A stretch of DNA of 64,000 nucleotides from Balanoglossus misakiensis (taxonomy: Eukaryota; Animalia; Hemichordata): contig CM082577.2 of assembly GCA_040954595.2 (NCBI GenBank), forward strand, positions 806,001 to 870,000, read 5' to 3'. Numbering within the stretch: position 1 is the first letter of the stretch; every line of letters starts with the position of its first letter. This document shows positions 28,201 through 42,656 of this stretch, piece after piece. The position numbers and the translations under genes were made by a program. The notes beneath the pieces are model-generated. The model did not search any database and was not told the DNA's origin. It saw only the letters and a list, made by a program, of their open reading frames with translations.

Positions 28201-31200
28201 GTTAAGTAACATGTCTTCACATTTGAATCATTTGGAAATGATCCATGGTTCATAGGTTTCCATAAACTTGTCAGATCATTTTTCCCTAGAATACATCCAT
28301 CATTGCGTAGACTTTTGTTTAAAGAGTACACCTTGTCATATGGATTTGCCAAGAATGTGTCCAGCCTTGCATTACATAATGAAACATGACAGACAGAATG
28401 AGATCTACGTAGAAGTAAATGGTTTCAGAGGAAACTACAGATAGGATATATCCTACATGTAAACTTGAACCTTGCATTGATATCAAAGACTCCGTATACT
28501 GGCAGTTGACTCTACATTGCTTGTACACATGGTGTCCTTTTGTAAAGTGTCAATCTGTCCTTAGAATTTCATAGTCTGGGACTAAAAAAAACAGGATACA
28601 GAATTATTTTAAATTGATAAAATGAAAAATCCAGTTTTCTATTGAAGATGAACACCCTCATCAGTCGGAAAGAATGAGTGAGTGAGTGAGTGAGTGAATG
28701 CAGGAAGGAAGGAAAGAAGGAATGAACAAATGAACAAATGAATGAACAAACTTGTGTGACCCTGTGAGCCAATTTAATGACAACCATGATTCATGAGTTT
28801 GACCTTGACTCTCAAAAATGACAGCATGACACTTAAGCTGCCTCGTGGCTAAATTCTCACAGATTTCTTTAAAAAGATCTTGTATTTATGCCATAAACAG
28901 TTAGTATGCTCAAAACCCTGTACTTCCAATCTGAATCTGTGTCTTACTCGGCTGCAGCAAAGTCCATCAAAGCAAATAGCAACCACTGCATTTTCTGTAT
29001 GTTGACAAAATATTTCCACAGCTGCGAGTGCTTGCACAGGACTTAAAAATCAAGTACAGGGAACTTGAAACCAATTCTTAAAACATCATTGAGGGTTTAT
29101 GTTGCTGAGTCATATATAAATGTAAATCATACATCCAGTGACATCTATACGCCGTCTGCTTGAGATAATCTTTACCCAAGTGGTTGCCCAGATTCTAATC
29201 ATGGAGATGGCCTAGAGTTCAAACTATGTCATGGCATGGGAGACCCATTTCTATCAGAGTGACAGCTTATCGGAATGAGGTACATTATCATCAATGAAGG
29301 GGAGGAGTTGCCATCTAATGGACATCATGACTGTCTAGTCTGAAAAGTTTACAAATGTTAATGGTATTTGTGACTGATTGTTACCATGGAAATCATTGTG
29401 CATGTTCACCATTTGACTATCAGATTCAGTGCGGTGTCGTAGGTTATACGGATTAGGTCAGAGGTCATGTCTACTTTTATGTAGGTTATAATTCATGTAC
29501 GAGTATTCATTGGACATCTTTAAAAACTCATGATAGAATCATTGATAGTTACATGTACTTTGATGACATCAATTGGATATGTACAGCAGATACCTGCAAC
29601 ATACTTATCCAGTTAAAGATATTTTAATGAGAACGTCATTGCAAAACCATATGAGGTGAAGACATTCCAGTAACCTAAGCTGTAGTTTTTCAGAAAGACA
29701 GGAAGTTGAAAATGATACCAGTTTTTAAATGTACAATGATGTCAGTGCTTTAGCATGGCAATGATGTCTTACATGCATGTGGTTTTATCCCAGACAGAAA
29801 AATAAGATGGATATTTTAGTCAGTGCATGTTTGAGGATTATAACCAGCCTTGTCATTGATGTCCTGAATAAGCTGATTCCAAAAAAAAAAAAAACACGAA
29901 TAAAAGATATGAAATAGAAAAAAAATTCAAATGGTACATGTCTCATTTTAGTGTAGATTATACTGCAAGATCTTTTTTTCACCAGTAGATGATAATCTGT
30001 TTCAATATTTTCACAATGCTTGGTTTGTTTCTAATTCCTTTTCACAGAGAAATCGCGACATGGCTGCCATGTTCAATGAAGGACAGTCTTCAGAGGACTG
30101 GCTCAGTACTGGTGGTCATAGCATCGAGAAAATGAAACTTACTCTCAAAGATTTACTCAGCAAAGGAACCATTTCAGTGTAAGTAGTTCTCAACAAACAC
30201 ATGTAATATCTTTTGAAATTCTGCTTTTTATACCTGTATCAAAGTGGAATTCAGCTAACCTTCAAGGAATAATAAGTCACGGAGTTGGGAAGAGGCAGGA
30301 TAGATTGTTGAATACTCAACTAAGGAGTATTGATGGAGCACAACTTTGTACAGGTGTTTTTCATCTGTTCCAGTAACCTTACTCTCAGTAGAGGATGCTC
30401 TAATGAATAAATAAAGTGAATTCTCTGAACCCAAGACACTGTATCAACACAGCTTCTATTCATTTCTTCCACAGACCTTCCAAAGGGAAACCACCCATGG
30501 GTCAACAGTCGGTCCAACATTTACAGTTTGAAGCCAGTGTTGTGAATGAATTTGAATATAGATTGCATGAGTAAGTAGCCGGTAATTCTTTGAAGGTCTT
30601 GCAATGATCTCAATTTCCAGAGATGTCCTTGTATTTTTGTACTGATAGTTTTCATCTACTGCTATTAAACCTGACGGCAATTTATATCAGTCAAACTCTT
30701 TTTCACGAATATATGTCCCTCATCACTGTCATTCTCTGGATCACAGTGAGGTCTTTTGCGGACGTTCGGTCAGGATTTAATAGTTCTGATAGTAAGAGGA
30801 AATTATCAAAAACATATTTCATGATAAATGGGCCTTTGAAACCACACTGACAAAAGCAAGCCCCAATTAAACTTTTATTTTAAAATGTGATAATTTACAT
30901 TGAATGAGCCCAGATTTGTTCACCATGGTATCGAATTCACATGGGAGCTGAGAATCTCCTTTGGTATTGTGTGCTTGTTTTGATGACAAAGCCAGCTTTT
31001 CTGCAGGGAAGGGTCAGAGGTCAAATAATAGAATTACAGTTGCCACACCCAGTTTTTCATGTTGTATGGAGCGTCAGTTCAAAATATCAGTATGAGGGAG
31101 ACAATGAACAGTGATAGGGGCGCTGTGTTGTCTACGTGGTTGTCAGGAGATGAACTCACTGCGCCATGCTTACTAAGTGAAAAAAAGATAATAAAAATAT

Positions 31201-34200
31201 TCATTGATTGCTGCCATCATTTAAAATCATTCAGGTGTAAAAACAGAGTTTTAAATTGAACCGTTAAATGATAAATAAATGAATAAAACAAATAGATATC
31301 TGCATCTCTTTTTAAACGTGGAAATACATGGGTTTTTTTAAAGCTATTTTTGCCTGTTGATGAAATGTTTTTGTTTTTAGTGCCGACATGAAATTGATGT
31401 TTGTTTTCATCCTCTATGACAGGGCCATTGAAATGTATCACAACAGAATCAAGTGGTTACTCAAAGGAAGCAAAAAGGTAAAAACCTCTCACTCTTCTGG
31501 TTTTAATTTTCAACACTTGCCACAAGTAACCTTATATTTGAATGGTTCAACTGTGGATCTGTTTATGTCTGTGTCTGTGGGAGTGGCAGCCATCAGTCTG
31601 TGGAGGTCATTCACACAGCGCTGCATTCTCCCTCAGTTCTGCAAATTTTCATGTGTGTTTTCACCTAAAATTATATTTAATTTGCGAATAACTGTTTTTT
31701 CTCTTGTATGAAATCACATTACATCAAACTAGGAATGCATTTTAGCATTGTATATAAAGTAAATATTTACAGTGGATTAGCAAGAAACATTTTTGTAAAA
31801 AAAAACTAAATTTAGATTAAGTGCAACGATAAGAATATGAGATAATTATTGAAGTGTGTAATTAGAAAAATGGAACATTTTTGATGTAATCAATCCTCTT
31901 TTGTTTCATCTTAATCAAAACTGGTATGGTTATGTCTTTGGTATAAGTGATCTTACTCTCAGGGGAAAGCTACTCAACATAAATCAGTCAAATTATTGAT
32001 TGGCGAAGTCATTGTTAGCATTAATTTACATTTCATCAAAAGGTTGATTTTGAATCAATGGGTATAGATCATGAAGATTGTATTCAGTGCATTGACAAGA
32101 CAGATGGTGATAATTAGTTTGTGGTATGCTGCTTTGGGGCTGTGTTTGATTAAAATTGGTTACAATTTAGTAGAAGTTCTGTGAAATGATGGCTTGTATT
32201 CTAAGAGTGGTCCAGAAAAAGGTGCATGATATGAACAGTGTATAATCCTTGCTGCATATGTCACATACATATTTGAAAATGATATTAATCATTTGCTATT
32301 ACGAATATGCTGGTACCCAGAGTTGTTACAAAGTTGTAAATGGACAGTTTGAAATATTCTTGTCACTATAAAGATGACCTTATAAATTGCATAATGAGGT
32401 CAGGAAAAGGTCAAATTTTTCATTGAAACAGCAATGTGATGACCAATTCATGTCCACAAAACAGTTCTAAATAAAATTTCTGAATATACCCGTACTCCAA
32501 TAAAATAAAACAAGAATCATGGAAGTGAGTTTTAGGTTTTCAGATGAATGAGTGAAAAACATCCATTATGACAACTTTCTTTAGGAGTTTTTGTGTGAAT
32601 GTTAACAACAGGTCAAGTCTTATTTTAATGCTGTGTCTTCATCAGCCAAGCAAGGAATGAACACATAACATTTGTGATTCAGACAGTGATTGAGTTCTTT
32701 GTTTTGTTTTAGATTTTTGGAATGGTGAAGGGTACCAAAGTAGCTGTAGTGGTTGACAGTTCTGATGCCAACTGTGGATTTGGCAGACTCAATACATTCC
32801 AGCAATCTTTGATGGTAAGTTTTGGATGCAATATATTGTTGATCTATTCAAAAGTCAACCTTGACATGATTTGTAAGACGTGAATGTAGCTCAGTGTCTT
32901 GTCAGCTTTCAAGTAGCTGTCAGCTTTTTGAACAAGTTGTTACAGAAGACCGGTTCTGTTCCCCTCAAGGAGGTGTTAAAATTCTGCAGAAAATCTCGTA
33001 TTTTCCATATGACTTCTCTAACACTCACTGAGTAACAAAGCTTTCCTACAGTGCTTATGAACAGACAGATGAATATTAAGCTATCTATGATAAATATTTC
33101 ATTGCAATGGCATTCCTCTCTAGTTTGACTGTGTATAGACAAACTGTCGTCTGTTGCTTGGAAATCAACGGTTTTGCATTTTATATTTTCAGGTTTATGA
33201 CGTAAACGTTTCATAATATTTATATTACCTGTAATCCTGGTCACAGCTTTCATAGCTGCATGCACTGTGTTCATTATTTTGAAATGATTGATTTAGATTT
33301 ATAAATTAAAGTACTCATGTATTGTGTCTTCTTTTCTCTCTCTGTTGCAAATATTTAGAGTTTAATTGATGAACAGCTCCACATGAAGGAAATGCTGTAC
33401 TTTCTGGCGTTTGGCACAGACATTGAACCACTGTGGGAGTCGCCGAGATATGTCAACTTCAGAATGTAAGTGGCTCATCTCAAGGAGCACCAGATTGTGA
33501 ACGGTTGCTTTTGTTCCCTGGCAACCAAGGTGTTAATCAGAAGATTGGATGTTAAAACAGAGACAACATTTCTCTTCATATGTGTCTGTCATGTGAAGGG
33601 GCAAAAATCAGTCACGTATCATCTCTGTGAGTCAAGGTAGAATAGATCTTACAGATAGAGGCAATATGAAGTACAATGTAGTGAATAATCAATGCTTTTG
33701 ACTAAAAATGCAGTAAGATAACCTCAGGGTAACACGCTGTGTTGTCATGACAATGTAAGTCTTATGAAAAGGAGAACAAAGATTATCTCTCCTTTGGAAA
33801 CCATGTAATTTTCTCCATTTTGAATCCAGTGTTCTCAATACCTTACATTCAGGCTCATGGAAGAAAAAAAATCATTTTATCTACCGTTCTGTAAATTATA
33901 TTTTTATTTTTTCTCCAGAGTTGATGAGGCAAGAAATTGGGTGAATAACCTTCGTGGTGCAGGAGGCTGTAACATAATGGCAGCCTTGAAAAAAGTGTTG
34001 AAAATGAATGATATCGACACAATTATTCTCATCTTAGGAAATACGTAAGTTATTGAATTTTACGATTAAAAATTGTGAAATGTATCGTTGGATTTTAATG
34101 CAGATTTTTTGCTTTTTTAGAGAATTATTTCTATTTCATGTTGATGAAAAAGAAATTGACATGAATTGTGAGAAGCGTGCATTTCAAATTTTAAACCTGT

Positions 34201-37200
34201 ACTGTTTTGATCACGAGAGGGCGCTATAATAAAACTTCAGGAAATGATGTACAAAAGTCAAGTACAACATAAATCATTAAAATTTCAAATAATAAGCATT
34301 TATTTTAACAGATTTTAACTGACAGTTTGGTTGGAATAAGACTTTGCTGTTTTTCCCTTTATGCAGCCCTGATCAAAGTTCTGAAGTTCTGTGTGACTAC
34401 GTACAACAGTTGAACGTTGGTGACCCCAAGCCCCTTCACACTGTGGCCTATGACTGTAGTAACCATCTTACAAATGTGAGTATTCTTTATCTCAGATGAT
34501 AACAATATGATAGCCATTTGCATGAATGTAAACTGCCATGCATGTATTGACTTGTGCGTTTTGGTTTTATGGCATTTATGGAATGATGAGGGTGACTGCT
34601 ATGACAGTTTTTTGCACTGTGTGTCAAATCATATGCTTTTTATAAGAGATGAGAAAAACTCATTCAAAGTAGACAACACTCCATTCTTTCACCAACATGC
34701 TTTCCATTCACACAAAATGAATTATATCAAAAACATATCTCTGAGGGTGTGAAACTCTAACAACATACTTCTCCCACAATGGCACTGAAATCATGTTCTG
34801 TAGCTGCCTGCTATAATCTTGAATTTCAAAAAAATTACAATCAGACTAACCCGATCGCCTGATACCATATAGAGTGACAGTTGTGTAGTTTGTGCAGATG
34901 ACAGTACATTGCTTCCATGTTGTTTGAAATGTATAACTGTTTGAAATGTATAACTGTGCATGAAAGATGTCTTTTGCTGCACTCCTCTCATCTAGAATGA
35001 TAAATTATTTTTTAAATAAACATCACCATTAACGCTTGCTTTCATAAATTCACTTGATGTAATCATCATCATTAGAAACCTGAGGAAGAAATCCGATTGA
35101 AGGTACAGTGTGGAATTGTCCAATGTCATTTTAAGTGATGCATGGATTTTCCACGCCACCTCTTTGCACTGAATCCCATTTTTCTGTCATTTATCGATAT
35201 CACATACAAGACAGACACAGAGAGACAGACAGAGAGACAGACTAACACACACACACACATGCACATGCACATGCACTGATACTTTCGCCCATATAGGCTC
35301 CACATGGTCAGATCCTGCATAAAGTCAGAAACATAGAAAAATGATAATCCCATTTATTCCCATCTGCACACTACATAATTCAAGCTTTTTTATTTCAGTT
35401 GTACCTTTTCAGGAGAATATTGAGTGTGCATGCATTCATTATATACATTTATCTTTCTTTTTATTCAGGCCCCAGTATGAGTCTGTTGAGTGTTGAGTGT
35501 TGAGCATTCCATGACATGATCTTCACCCACTTCCAATTTGTTTTTCAACATACCTCTGTGTATAAGCATGTGTTTGGGATTACAGGTACACAGTAAACCC
35601 ACCATAGTACATATCATAACAGTTTTGTTTGTCTGTCATCAGATGACATTGAGGAAACTGGCAGAGTGTTCTGGTGGAAGGTACCATGTGTATGCGTCAA
35701 CTTGTGAAGTAAGTATTGAAAGATATGTTACATTTACAATAACATTTACACCTTACATAAGTTTTGAACCAATTTACAGATTCCTCAATTCATAACGTCA
35801 TGATCTGTTTATTGCTAATTTTGTTCTCTTCAGAGAGCTTGATTTTCACCCTCTTGTACAATATTTCACTTAAAGTTTTATGAGTTGTATTTATGACCAA
35901 ATACTGGGTTGAATAATCCTCAACTAAGAATTACACAGACCTGACTCTTCCAGGTCCTTGATTTTAATGAGATTGGATGAAGGTCAGTGAAAAGTGATCC
36001 CCTGGATGTTGTACACTGACCAGAAACAGGATTGGGTTTCTCATGAAATTCTAATGACATCAATAAAATTAAATTACAGTTCTTTCACTTCCCAGACATG
36101 ATGAAGTAGAAACCATAAACACTTCATGTTGTATCAAGTTTATAACTTGGTGTAATGTTTAGGAGCTTGTAATACTTCGTTGTGGTCAATTTTTTAATGG
36201 CCTGATAACATAGGGTTAAAGAACAAGAATTCTTATAAAAAAAACATTTGTTTATGAAAAAAATTCTCTGGAGGATATTTATTCAATGTGTGTTGTTTGC
36301 ACTTTGCAGGAACAAATCTACACAGGCACTGACATCACTTACCTCTTGAGAGAAATCAAAACAGCCCAGGATGTCATCAACAAGATTAAAGAGATGAGAC
36401 AAGGCATGATGGGAGATGCGTTGATCAGCATCCTGAATGAGGTGAGGTTACAATGCATTGTGGGCTATATTTTGTAGGAGAAAAGTGGTATTATTTTGTG
36501 ACTGCTGTAAGTTTCTTTGGTAATCTTAAGTTGTTCTGAACTCGGTTTTGTATCACAGATATCCCTGGAAGTACAGAAATTACCAGCATCACGGTTCCTT
36601 CCACGTCCGCCCAATCACGCGAGTGCTTTGAACATAGAAATGCCTCCATTCCAACCCAAGACATCCAGTGATTGGTTGAAGAACAACGGACTAAGATCCA
36701 AGAAGCTGAGTCTGTATCAGATACTGGCTCCAAATGCGTTTGCTCCCATTGAAGAGTTCATTCCAATCATTAAGAAGGTGGTGTCATCAACAGTTCATGA
36801 GGTGAGTGCTGTAGATTGATCATACAAAAGTCTGCTTGGATGTTGGTAGGGTCAAAGTTCACTGAAGGGCATTTATTTGCTGATATGTAAAACTATGACC
36901 CCCACATGACCTTACAAACGGTGTTGTTGTTTTTTTTCTTACAGAAAGCCATGGCTCAGTTTCAGTGGCATGATGGCTCGCTGAAGAACATTCATGTTGA
37001 TCCCACTCAGTTGTACGACTATCAGAAGAAACTGGCCACTGTCGTCAAACTCTATGAGAAGAGAGTTGATTGGCTGTCACGAAGCTCAAGAAGAATATTT
37101 GGAACTATTGTGGAGAAAAGGTCAATAAACAAACAGTTCATCAAATATTTGTGTTTAATATTTATAGATCTTAATATAGGCCATCCATGAAAACATTATG

Positions 37201-40200
37201 ATTGGTATTGCTAAAAGAGTACTTTTAGATAGGAAAGATTACTATGTCTTCATGCTGTTCAAGTGAACACAATCATAAACCCCACTTCTATCTGACCTTC
37301 TATTCACTGGTGCCACCCAAGCCTCTGAAAATTTAAGCAAATAGAGAAAGGGAAAGGATCTCTGAATAAAGTTCTTTTCTGTTGTGTTTTCCATGTAGAG
37401 TGATCATCCTGGTTGATTTGTCCTGTGCAAATACCAACTATTTGGTTCACGTACAACACTCTTTGAGAATGTTACTGGAACAGCAGATGGCCAACAAAGA
37501 GTACTTCAATATTATTGGGTAAGTCCATTCTATATGTAAGGAGTCATCCTGTGAAAACAGAGTTTTGTTTCCTGCATACATTTCTCTCACACTAAAGGAT
37601 AGTTGAACTAGAGATTAAAGGCACACAGCCACGCAAATTTAGCCACAGTTACCATGTAATAGACGACCCTTAAACACAAGAAGATGTAATATGTACCCTA
37701 AACTGTGTGATTGAATAATTGTATCAATTTCTCATTGCAGCTTTGGAAGTGAGCCAGTGGCTTGGAAAACAGGGATGCAGGAACCAAGTGAACAGAATCT
37801 TCAGTCTTGTTGGAGGTGTGTATCTGGTGATTTCGAATAAAGTTGGGATCCATTGAAATTGTTGTATCTGTACAAGACTACTCTGATTGCATGTGCTTCA
37901 TTTTCTATTCACTAAAGAACTGTTGTTGTTTTTTGCCGTCTGTAATAGGTGGATTCTTGGTCTGGAGTGTGGAGGCAGTAGGAATTTCATGGCTGCTCTG
38001 AGAATGGCTCTGGAGAATGAAGAAGATCAGAAGTACAACAGAAGTAAGTTTGACCCTCAAAGCATATCACTTGAAATTGTGGTAAATCATCAGATCCTAT
38101 ATAGAGGGCGCCCTTCCAAGCAACACACTATCAATCATGCATGTTTGATATAAAGCATTCTCTTCAGCATTAGTGTTAAACTGTAAACCTGAAACAGAAC
38201 TCTAAAACTGATACCTGTATCCTCTCACTTGATTGCAGTTGTTGAAGGCATGTACCTATTCACCAGTGGCGTGCCAGACCAGATGACAGACGTGGCATGT
38301 GCCTTCATCCAGGAAGCAACAGCAGGTCACAAGGTCACACTTCACACCACTCTCTTCAATGTGGATGACTACGATGTGAATGGCGCCATCCCTGGTCGCT
38401 ATGCCAACATCACCAAGACAGCCGACTGTCTGCGTACTATGGCCCACATCAGCGGTGGAAGATTCCATTGGTTCAGAGAAACTGGAATCATTGAAAGTGA
38501 TGACATCAAGATTATCCTGAGTGAGATGGACAAGTCGGTCAATTACTCCCAGAAAGTAAGTTTCAGTTCAGAGATTCTCTCATGCAATCTTCAATTCCTG
38601 GTTCTTGTTGACAAAGAGTGTTACACGATGAAAAAATAATAACTTTTCCACATGCCATTCTGATCATTATTTATTTGTCCATGTTCATTTCAGTGTGCAA
38701 TGTTAGTAGATTCTGTCAAGAGGAAATCACACGACTATGTAAGTATTGAATAAACGGAACTATCATCGTTTGTGACCTTTCTTACACGAATATCTTCCAA
38801 ATTGAAAAAAAAAGATAACAGTCTGTCTGGACCAGAATTAGAAAAAGATTAACTCTCTCAAAGAAATCAGTGAAATTCTCTTTCATATTCTGAATTGTTT
38901 GTTGTTCCTATTTTCAGTTACAAGGCAATATGAGTGGCAGTACTGAAATGAAGATGTTACCACTGAGACCATCATCAGGCAAGAAGAAACAGTTCATCCC
39001 ACCTAAACATACAGAACTCACTTTTGCCAGACTGGTAAGTTTGCTTCTGAAGTACCAGTACCCAGTGTCATCATGGATCTCTGTGCTGTTGTCAAAAATC
39101 ACTTATCAAAAATTTACTGTTAAACCACTGGGTACAATTCACATGGACTATGGTGATGGCTCTGGGCTTATGCAAGATTGACCCATTTTGTTATCTGTGT
39201 ATGATTTGCAGCAAATCACAGAGAAAGAAAAGGACAAAGAACTTGAGAAAGAAAAAGAGAAAGAGCAAAGTAACGGGAAGATGTTGGTATGGAGACCAAG
39301 CAGTGCAAAGAAAGACCTCATTCCAACACGTAAGTTTTCAACATCACAATGTTATGCTTTTAATGCAGACAGAGCATTTCACTGAGTTGTTTTACTAGCA
39401 AGGTTTGGTTTTGAAATGGGCTAAATCGTACACAGTCCCTCCACTCAGACCGCTGGTTGGAGGGACTTCTTCCCAGACCAACCCTGATCTGACCGTTTCT
39501 CTCCTTTCCACAACACAGCACCAGCAGACACTCGACCATCATCGGCAAAAGGTAGAATCTCAACTGAGAAGAAAGTCAAACGCTGCAACTCTGGTTATAA
39601 AGTGAAACCATCACATGAAGCCTTCTACACAGAGTACAGAAACAATGTTGGTGTGATGTACAGGCAGTATCCAGATGTCCTTCAGAGGAAGAAGAGTGTT
39701 AGAAAGTCCATTCCTCATCCAATCATACCTGATCGAGAAGACATTATGACTTCAAAACAGGTCAGTTGGTGTTTACAGTCAATTAGTTGGTGTTTGAGAA
39801 TGGAAATAGATCACTTTGCGTTTGCAAACTTGAAAACAGTTAGCTAATTCCTCCCAGCTTAGAAATTTCATAAATTGTTTCGAATTTGATGATTCAGTAA
39901 GTGAAGGAGTGTATTTGTCGCATGTTGTCATGGTGAATTCTAAACATTCTTGTTTTTTCTTCTTCAGTGGTTGAAGAAGTACAGTCTAACCAAGCTCAGA
40001 CTGGATCTTCACAAGTTGGTGTCCGGTCCCGATTGCGCACACGTCAAGAAACATGTTGCAACATTACAGAAGAATGTCTCAGCAAAGTAAGTGGTTTCCA
40101 AACAAGAAACAAACTGAGGCTCAACACATTGATTTGTTTATATGAAACTGAAATGAAGGTGCTGGCAATTGGCAAGACAATCCCAGTATTTTTGGCTATT

Positions 40201-42454
40201 ATTTAACAAAGAGTATATCATTACTGTACAGTCAAATAGCTTTAATGATATTAATTTTAAATTCAATCTTTCTTGGGTTTTTCTTCCAGATACTGCAGCA
40301 TATTTCCAAGTGTTAATATTAAAGTAAGTATTTTTTTTCAGAAAGATGTGCGCTGTCAAAGTCAATTCTCTCGTCAAATATTTTCTTTCCTCACAAAGCG
40401 CCCACTTGTTCTCGAAAAGAAAGGTTAAATAAAGTTGTTTGACATTTCTGTTTGGCAGGGCACAGTAAGGCATTTGCAGCTTCAACCGCACGAACTGACA
40501 GAGTACGAAGAACAAGTGGAAACAGTTCTGAGACGATACTTGAAGAGAATGCAATGGTTGTTGAGCGGCAGTCGTCGAGTGTTTGGTGCAGTCACCGAGA
40601 AGGTGGTGACGGTTCTGGTGGATACATCTGGCTCTATGGTGTCACACATGGAAGAACTTATTCGGGAATTGGTCTCTCTCATCTGGGATCAGTTCAAGAG
40701 AGGCAATGTCAGGTTAGTAGTGGTGGTGTTGGGGGCGGTGTCAATTCGTATCAGAGGATATTCTGTGTCTTTTTAATCCTTTCACCCCCAATTCCCTCTT
40801 TAGAGGTCCAACTTCACCATAGAAAACAATGGGTTTGGACTGAACCAAAGCAGTGAAAGGGTTAAGTCTGGATGTTATTACAGAAAACAGTGAGGACAAT
40901 GACAGTTGTTACAAGCATAACAAGAAAAAACATCATGTTGTATGTTTCAGATTCAACATCATTCGTTTCTCTGGTAACGTGGAGAAGTGGCGTGCAGCAG
41001 TTGTCAAGCCAACAGAAGAGAACTGTCATGATGCAGTACAGTGGGTGTCTACTTTTGTTGCTGGGGGCAACACCTGTACACTTGATGCTCTCCAGGTATG
41101 TTTTATCATTTTGTTTATTTTTTAGGAATATTGAAGTTTCTTATAGTGCTAGTGGAGTCTTGTCCAGTCTCAATAATGTGCATCTTGAAAGTGTTTATTT
41201 AGCATTTGTAGTCAGAATGTCTTTTGATGTTTTTACAGGAAGCATTCTCGGATCCCAATATAGATGGCATCTATCTGCTGACGGATGGGAAACCAGACAG
41301 CAGTACATCCATGGTACTCAGAGAGATTGCCAGAATGAACACTACAAGAGGGGTCAAAGTTCACACTATCTCATTCAGCTGTGATGATGAGTAAGTGTCC
41401 CTTCATTACATGTAGATGTCAGTGTTCATTTACTCATATCTGAACGTGTTGCTTTGAAGTCAGACATTATGATCTTACTAGATTTTTAATCTTGTGACAT
41501 ATCTAAGGTTGTCCAACACCCCTGTGGTAGAGAAGCAAATCCTGCGTTTATTTACAAAAACAATGTTGATAACATGAAACATGCTCTTGTTTCTTCCAGA
41601 ATTGCCAACACATTCCTGAGGCAGTTGGCAGCAATGTCGCGTGGTCGCTTCCATCGCTGCAGCTCAGAGAGAGATGGACATCTCTTCGCTCATAAATTAC
41701 TGACAGATGGATTTGAAAATCCTGAGGTAAAAGACCAATCATACTTTGTTTGGTTTGGTTTTCTTTTTCCATAGTGAGAGTGAATTCTTACGAAAATCTT
41801 GGTTGAGGAAAATCATGTTCTCTTGCTCCACGTGTAGAGTTATGTACAAGTGCACTATTGCTGTTTTCAGTCATGTGGTCAGAATTAATTACAGAGATAT
41901 GGAGGCAAAGGGTTTGTTCCTTAGTGTTTGTTATTTCACCCACTTGTCTCCACACTGAAGAGATTCCATGCAGATCTAATTCATGTTTGTCATTTCTCCC
42001 CTCTTGACTTCCAGCACCCGGAGATTCCAATCTTTGAAGGTGACGATCTACGATCATTGGGTGCAGAGATAGCACTGGCCAGGAATTATCTTCAACAGTC
42101 ACGTTCGTACAGAGCCATGTATGCTGATATTCCGAAACCACACGAGAAAGACCTCAGTGCAGTGAAAAAAATCCACACACAAGGTATGGGACACAACTGC
42201 AGTTTACAAGCATACAGATGAGACTTGCCACATGTACAGTAGAGATATAACAAAACCTAGCATATAAGCTCAGGAGGAATGAATTCATGTTGTGCCATTG
42301 TTTGGCAGTGGGCCTTCACAATGCTGGCCTTTGTGCTAAGATCATGCTGACAAATTATGGAAAATAATATCTGACTCTTCTCGCACACTTTTTTTCAGGG
42401 GACAAATCGAAAGCTGCCAGAAGACCAGCATCAGCTGTCGGTGTAAAAACATGA
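25286..42454 (+). CDS. VWA3A: von Willebrand factor A domain-containing protein 3A (~25-30 exons)
   Basis: Exons encode LLITSVNQT, QSSEDWL..HSIEKMKLTLKDLLSKG, AIEMYHNRIKWLLKGSKK|IFGMVKG, repeated 'WLxxSxRIFG + VWA' modules, LVDTSGSM, YLLTDGKPD and GRFHRC, matching recalled VWA3A. First exon 25286-25350; last exon ends TGA 42454. The start exon is less certain. Confidence 0.9.
27281..27500. repeat. Degenerate long hairpin (old MITE-like palindrome) in a VWA3A intron
   Basis: Nested inverted matches: GATTTCTTCAT/ATGAGGAAATC, AACTTTGATCAGTG (27324-27337)/CACTGATCAAAGTT (27436-27449), TGTACCAT/ATGGTACA. Confidence 0.55.
28673..28750. repeat. (TGAG)n/(GGAA)n/(AATGAACA)n simple repeat
   Basis: Directly visible tetranucleotide arrays. 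Confidence 0.85.
35209..35276. repeat. (GA/GACA)n-(CA)n-(CATGCA)n simple repeat
   Basis: Directly visible. Confidence 0.85.
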
Positions 42455-42538
42455 AAATTAAAAATCAAACCAGTAATGAAGACAATAGATTTATTTCCAT
42501 GATTGCAGCTGGCTGTACAAAGTACATACAAGGACATG

Positions 42539-42656
42539 CAGTGAGCCCTGTCTAAACCTAAAATTCCAAATCAGAAATCTGTTAATACTGAACACTTTCC
42601 AGTCTCCCCACAGGACACAGGAAAGAACTTCTGTGGTATTTAGACAGGTTTTACTG
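42539..42656. mobile_element. Short degenerate pogo/Tigger-like MITE remnant downstream of the VWA3A stop
   Basis: Left end CAGTGAGCCCTGTCTAAA versus reverse complement of the right end CAGTAAAACCTGTCTAAA (15/18). Confidence 0.5.
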
